Source of the DNA: Eledone cirrhosa
Lineage: Eukaryota
DNA: 64,000 nucleotides
Direction: 5' to 3'
Assembly: GCA_964016885.1 (NCBI GenBank)
Contig: OZ024743.1
Span: 129,766,001-129,830,000 of the forward strand
The notes beneath the pieces are model-generated. The model ran no database searches, was not told the DNA's origin, and saw only the letters and a list, made by a program, of their open reading frames with translations. A program made the translations under genes and the position numbers. Below, one piece after another: positions 57,801-64,000 of the stretch (its first letter is position 1; the number at the start of each line of letters is the position of its first letter).

Positions 57801-60800
57801 CAAACACCAAGCACCAAGCACCAAGCACCAAACACCAAACGGCAAACACCAAACACCAAACGCCAAGCACCAAACACCAAACACCAAGCACCAATCACAA
57901 AACAACAAGCACCAGGCACCAAGCACTAAACACCAAAAACCAAGCACCAAGCACCAAACACCAAGCACCAAAGACCAAACACCAAACAGCAAACACCAAA
58001 CACGAAACAGCAAACACCATACAGCAAACACCAAACACCAAAAACCAGACACCAAACAGTAAACACCAAACACCAAACACCAAGCACCAAGCACCAAGCA
58101 CCTAGCACCAAACACCAAACACCAAGCACCAAGCACCAAACACCAAGCACCAATCACCAAGCACCAAACCCCAAGCAGCAAGCAGCAAGCACCAAACACC
58201 AAACACCAAGCACCAAGCACCAAAGACCAAGCACCAAGCACCAAACACCAACCACCAAACACCAAGCACCAGGCACCAAGCACCAAACACCAAGCACCAA
58301 CCACCAAACACCAAGCACCAAGCACTAAACGCCAACCACCCAGCACCAAGCACCAAGGACCAAACACCAAGCACCAAAAACCAAACACCAAGCACCAGGC
58401 ACCATGCACCAAGCACCAAACACCAAGCCCCAAGCACCAAGCACCAAGCACCAAACACCAAGCACCAAACACCAAGCACCAATCACCAAACGCCAACCAC
58501 CCAGCACCAAGCACCAAGCACCAAACACCAAACACCAAACACCAAGCACCAAGCACCAAGCACCAAACACCGAGCCCCAAGTACCTAGCACCAAACACCA
58601 AGCACCAAACACCAAGCACCAAGCACCAAGCACCTAGCACCAAACACCAAACACCAAGCACCAAGCACCAAACAACAAGCACCAATCACCAAGCACCAAA
58701 CCCCAAGCAGCAAGCAGCAAGCACCAAACACCAAACACCAAGCACCAAGCACCAAACACCAAGCACCAAGCACCAAACACCTAACACCTTACACCAAGCA
58801 CCAAGCACCAAACACCAAGCACCAAGCACCAAACACCCAGCACCAAGCACCAAGCACCAAACACCAAACACCAAACACCAAGCACCAAGCACCAAACACC
58901 AAGCACCAAACACCAAGCACCAAGCACCAAGCACCAAACACCAAGAACCAAGCACCAAGCACCAAACACCAAGTACAAACACCATGCACCAAGCACCAAA
59001 CACCAAACACCAAGCACCAAGCACCAAGCATCAAACACCAAGCATCAAAAACCAAACACCAAACACCAAGCACCAAACACCAAGCACCCTGCACCAAACA
59101 CCAAGCACCAATCACCAAGCACCAAACACGAAGCACCAAGCTCCAAGCACCAAACACCAAGCACCAAACACCAAACACCAAGCACCATGCACCAAGCACC
59201 AAACACCAAACACCAAGCACCAAGCACTAAACACCAAGCACCAAGCACCAAACAACAAGCACCAGGCACCAAACACCAAGCACCAAGCACCAAACGCCAA
59301 GCACCAAACACCAAGCACCAAGCACCAAGCACCAAACACCAAACGGCAAACACCAAACACCAAACGCCAAGCACCAAACACCAAGCACCAATCACAAAAC
59401 AACAAGCACCAGGCACCAAGCACTAAACACCAAAAACCAAGCACCAAGCACCAAACACCAAGCACCAAAGAGCAAACACCAAACAGCAAACACCAAACAT
59501 GAAACAGCAAACACCATACAGCAAACACCAAACACCAAAAAGTAGACACCAAACAGCAAAAACCAAACACCAAACACCAAGCACCAAGCACCAAACACCA
59601 AGCACCAAAGACTAAACACCAAACAGCAAAGACCAAACACGAAACAGCAAACACCATACAGCAAACACCAAACACCAAACAACAAACAGCAAACAGCAAA
59701 CACCAAACACCAAGCACCAAACACCAAGTACCAAACACCAAACACCAAGCACCAAGCACCAAACACCAAGCACCAAGCACCAAACTCTAATCACCAAGCA
59801 CCAAGCACCAAGCACCAAATACCAAGCACCAAGCACCAAGAACCAAACAGCAAACACCAGACACCAAGCACCAAACACCAAGTACCAAACACAAACACCA
59901 AGCACCAAGCACCAAACACCAAACTCCAAGCACCAAGCACCAAACACTAATCACCAAGCACCAAGCACCAAGCACCAAATACCAAGCACCAAGCACCAAG
60001 AACCAAACACCAAACACCAAGCATGCAGCACCAAACACCAACCACCAAGCACCAAGCACCAAAGACCAAGCACCAAGCACCAAGCACCAAAGACCAAGCA
60101 CCAAGCACCAAACACCAAACACCAAACACCAAGCACCAAGCACCAAACACCAAACACCAAGCACCAAACACCAAACACCAAGCACCAAACACCAAGCACC
60201 AAGCACCAAACGCCAACCACCCAGCACCAAGCACCAAGCACCAAACACCAAGCAGCAAACACCAAACAGCAAACACCAGACACCAAACAGCAAACACCAA
60301 ACACCAAGCACCAAACATCAAACACCAAGCACCAAGCCCCAAGCACCAAGCACCAAGCACCAAGCACCAAACACCAAGCCCCAAGCACCAAGCACCAAGC
60401 ACCAAACACCAAGCACCAAGCTCCAAACACCAAGCACCTTAGCACCAAACGCCAACCACCCAGCACCAAGCACCAAGCACCAAACACCAAACACCAAACA
60501 CCAAACACCAAGCACCAAGCACCAAACACCAAGCCCCAAGTACCTAGCACCAAACACCGAGCACCAAACACCAAGCACCAAGCACCTAGCACCAAACACC
60601 AAACACCAAGCACCAAGCACCAAGCACCAATCACCAAGCACCAAACACCAAGCACCAAGCACCAAACACCAAGCACCAAATACCAAACACCAAACACCAA
60701 GCACCAAGCACCAAACACCAAGCACCAAGCACCAAACACCAAGCACCAAACACCAAACACCAAGCACCAAGCACCAAACACCAAGCACCAATCACAAAAC

Positions 60801-63800
60801 AACAAGCACCAGGCACCAAGCACTAAACACCAAAAACCAAGCACCAAGCACCAAACACCAAGCACCAAAGAGCAAACACCAAACAGCAAACACCAAACAT
60901 GAAACAGCAAACACCATACAGCAAACACCAAACACCAAAAAGTAGACACCAAACAGCAAAAACCAAACACCAAACACCAAGCACCAAGCACCAAACACCA
61001 AGCACCAAAGACTAAACACCAAACAGCAAAGACCAAACACGAAACAGCAAACACCATACAGCAAACACCAAACACCAAACAACAAACAGCAAACAGCAAA
61101 CACCAAACACCAAGCACCAAACACCAAGTACCAAACACCAAACACCAAGCACCAAGCACCAAACACCAAGCACCAAGCACCAAACTCTAATCACCAAGCA
61201 CCAAGCACCAAGCACCAAACACCAAGCACCAATCACAAAACACCAAGCACCAGGCACCAAGCACCAGGCACCAAACACCAAACACCAAACACCAAGCACC
61301 AAGCACCAAGCACCAAACACCAAGTACCAAGCACCAAACACCAAGCACCAAACACCAAGCACCAAGCACCAAGCACCTAGCACCTAACACCAAACACCAA
61401 GCACCAAGCACCAAACACCAAGCACCAATCACCAAGCACCAAACCCCAAGCAGCAAGCAGCAAGCACCAAACACCAAACACCAAGCACCAAGCACCAAAC
61501 ACCAAGCACCAAGCACCAAACACCTAACACCTTACACCAAGCACCAAGCACCAAACACCAAGCACCAAGCACCAAACACCAAGCACCAAGCACCAAGCAC
61601 CAAACACCAAACACCAAACACCAAGCACCAAGCACCAAGCACCAAACTCCAAGCACCAAACACCAAGCACCAAGCACCAAGTACAAACACCAAGCACCAA
61701 GCACCAAACACGAAACACCAAGCACCAAGCACCAAGCATCAAACACCAAGCATTAAAAACCAAACACCAAACACCAAGCACCAAACACCAAGCACCCTGC
61801 ACCAAACACCAAGCACCAATCACCAAGCACCAAACACGAAGCACCAAGCTCCAAGCACCAAACACCAAGCACCAAACACCAAACACCAAGCACCATGCAC
61901 CAAGCACCAAACACCAAACACCAAGCACCAAGCACTAAACACCAAGCACCAAGCACCAAACAACAAGCACCAGGCACCAAACACCAAGCACCAAGCACCA
62001 AACGCCAAGCACCAAACACCAAGCACCAAGCACCAAGCACCAAACACCAAACGGCAAACACCAAACACCAAACGCCAAGCACCAAACACCAAACACCAAG
62101 CACCAATCACAAAACAACAAGCACCAGGCACCAAGCACTAAACACCAAAAACCAAGCACCAAGCACCAAACACCAAGCACCAAAGACCAAACACCAAACA
62201 GCAAACACCAAACACGAAACAGCAAACACCATACAGCAAACACCAAACACCAAAAACCAGACACCAAACAGTAAACACCAAACACCAAACACCAAGCACC
62301 AAGCACCAAGCACCTAGCACCAAACACCAAACACCAAGCACCAAGCACCAAACACCAAGCACCAATCACCAAGCACCAAACCCCAAGCAGCAAGCAGCAA
62401 GCACCAAACACCAAACACCAAGCACCAAGCACCAAAGACCAAGCACCAAGCACCAAACACCAACCACCAAACACCAAGCACCAGGCACCAAGCACCAAAC
62501 ACCAAGCACCAACCACCAAACACCAAGCACCAAGCACTAAACGCCAACCACCCAGCACCAAGCACCAAGGACCAAACACCAAGCACCAAAAACCAAACAC
62601 CAAGCACCAGGCACCATGCACCAAGCACCAAACACCAAGCCCCAAGCACCAAGCACCAAGCACCAAACACCAAGCACCAAACACCAAGCACCAATCACCA
62701 AACGCCAACCACCCAGCACCAAGCACCAAGCACCAAACACCAAACACCAAACACCAAGCACCAAGCACCAAGCACCAAACACCGAGCCCCAAGTACCTAG
62801 CACCAAACACCAAGCACCAAACACCAAGCACCAAGCACCAAGCACCTAGCACCAAACACCAAACACCAAGCACCAAGCACCAAACAACAAGCACCAATCA
62901 CCAAGCACCAAACCCCAAGCAGCAAGCAGCAAGCACCAAACACCAAACACCAAGCACCAAGCACCAAACACCAAGCACCAAGCACCAAACACCTAACACC
63001 TTACACCAAGCACCAAGCACCAAACACCAAGCACCAAGCACCAAACACCCAGCACCAAGCACCAAGCACCAAACACCAAACACCAAACACCAAGCACCAA
63101 GCACCAAACACCAAGCACCAAACACCAAGCACCAAGCACCAAGCACCAAACACCAAGAACCAAGCACCAAGCACCAAACACCAAGTACAAACACCATGCA
63201 CCAAGCACCAAACACCAAACACCAAGCACCAAGCACCAAGCATCAAACACCAAGCATCAAAAACCAAACACCAAACACCAAGCACCAAACACCAAGCACC
63301 CTGCACCAAACACCAAGCACCAATCACCAAGCACCAAACACGAAGCACCAAGCTCCAAGCACCAAACACCAAGCACCAAACACCAAACACCAAGCACCAT
63401 GCACCAAGCACCAAACACCAAACACCAAGCACCAAGCACTAAACACCAAGCACCAAGCACCAAACAACAAGCACCAGGCACCAAACACCAAGCACCAAGC
63501 ACCAAACGCCAAGCACCAAACACAAAGCACCAAGCACCAAGCACCAAACACCAAACGGCAAACACCAAACACCAAACGCCAAGCACCAAACACCAAGCAC
63601 CAATCACAAAACAACAAGCACCAGGCACCAAGCACTAAACACCAAAAACCAAGCACCAAGCACCAAACACCAAGCACCAAAGAGCAAACACCAAACAGCA
63701 AACACCAAACATGAAACAGCAAACACCATACAGCAAACACCAAACACCAAAAAGTAGACACCAAACAGCAAAAACCAAACACCAAACACCAAGCACCAAG

Positions 63801-64000
63801 CACCAAACACCAAGCACCAAAGACTAAACACCAAACAGCAAAGACCAAACACGAAACAGCAAACACCATACAGCAAACACCAAACACCAAACAACAAACA
63901 GCAAACAGCAAACACCAAACACCAAGCACCAAACACCAAGTACCAAACACCAAACACCAAGCACCAAGCACCAAACACCAAGCACCAAGCACCAAACTCT
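53390..64000 (+). repeat. Recent higher-order amplification: offsets 3478, 4618, 4212, 1400 and an internal 406-bp duplication
   Basis: 53739/57217 and 54624/58102 (3478). 54994/59612, 55329/59947, 56569/61187 (4618). 57217/61429, 58686/62898, 59392/63604 (4212). 54994/56394 and 59392/60792 (1400). 4618-4212 = 406, the spacing of CACCTAGCACCTAA at 56756/57162. Confidence 0.9.

Larger units (their letters stand above)
1..64000 (+). repeat. Heptamer satellite array (CACCAAR)n, ~9,100 monomers, uninterrupted, one orientation, open at both edges
   Basis: Every line parses into 7-mers CACCAAG or CACCAAA plus 1-2-substitution variants (CAGCAAA, CACCAAT, CATCAAA, CACTAAA, CACCTAG, CCCCAAG, TACCAAG, GACCAAA, CACCAGG, CACGAAR, CGCCAAR). 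All six frames give 7-aa periodic peptides. The + strand is almost only C and A. Confidence 0.99.

Noticed and set aside
203-63995. Hundreds of minus-strand ORFs encoding WCLVLGA/WCLVFGV repeats (apparent membrane proteins)
   Set aside because: They overlap in all three frames with the same peptide. Starts and stops come from sporadic monomer variants, and there is no non-repetitive domain.
1-64000. CRISPR array
   Set aside because: No constant 23-50 bp repeat separated by unique spacers, and no leader or cas genes.
1-64000. Bacterial heptamer repeats (cyanobacterial STRR-type) or a phase-variation tract
   Set aside because: Those tracts are short and lie among genes. Here 64 kb has no gene. 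A prokaryotic source cannot be formally excluded without context, but nothing supports it.
1-64000. Canonical telomerase-made telomere (TTAGGG, TTTAGGG, TTAGG)
   Set aside because: The motif differs, lacks GGG, and carries inherited variants in kilobase duplications. A non-canonical telomere link is kept only as a hypothesis.
1-64000. Pure sequencing or basecalling artefact, or randomly simulated repeat
   Set aside because: Rare variants recur in identical order at consistent offsets and form nested lineages, which random error would not produce. The exact copy number of the youngest duplications still needs read support.
1-64000. Fungal RIP signature (CpA>TpA) from TACCAAR and CACTAAR variants
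   Set aside because: The vast majority of CpA sites are intact, T is very rare, and CpC>TpC and transversion variants are similarly common.
1-64000. Hairpins, terminators, inverted repeats, tRNA/rRNA, transposon ends, strong G-quadruplex
   Set aside because: A C/A-only strand cannot self-pair, no orientation switch or foreign insert was seen, and minus-strand G runs are mostly GG with isolated GGGG from CCCCAAG.

Overview
The whole 64 kb window is one uninterrupted, single-orientation tandem array of a 7-bp monomer, CACCAAR (CACCAAG and CACCAAA interspersed; minus strand YTTGGTG). It holds about 9,100 monomers and runs off both window edges. I see no unique sequence, credible protein-coding gene, RNA gene, transposon, CRISPR array or inversion. 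All ORFs in the track are by-products of a stop-free 7-mer, which gives the same 7-aa periodic peptide in every frame. The informative signal is higher-order. Rare monomer variants occur in a conserved order, defining a variable-length (~1.0-3.5 kb, minimal ~1.4 kb) macro-unit. That unit was amplified by nested tandem and long-range duplications (offsets 119 bp to ~28.3 kb, read from identical ORF translations). The array also contains a recurring A-ending CAGCAAA sub-domain, a -1 bias in register shifts, and repeated CpG>TpG changes. It most resembles a eukaryotic heterochromatic, centromeric or subtelomeric simple satellite with higher-order repeat structure. Host and function cannot be determined from this window. 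Duplication boundaries are approximate (about +/-50 bp).
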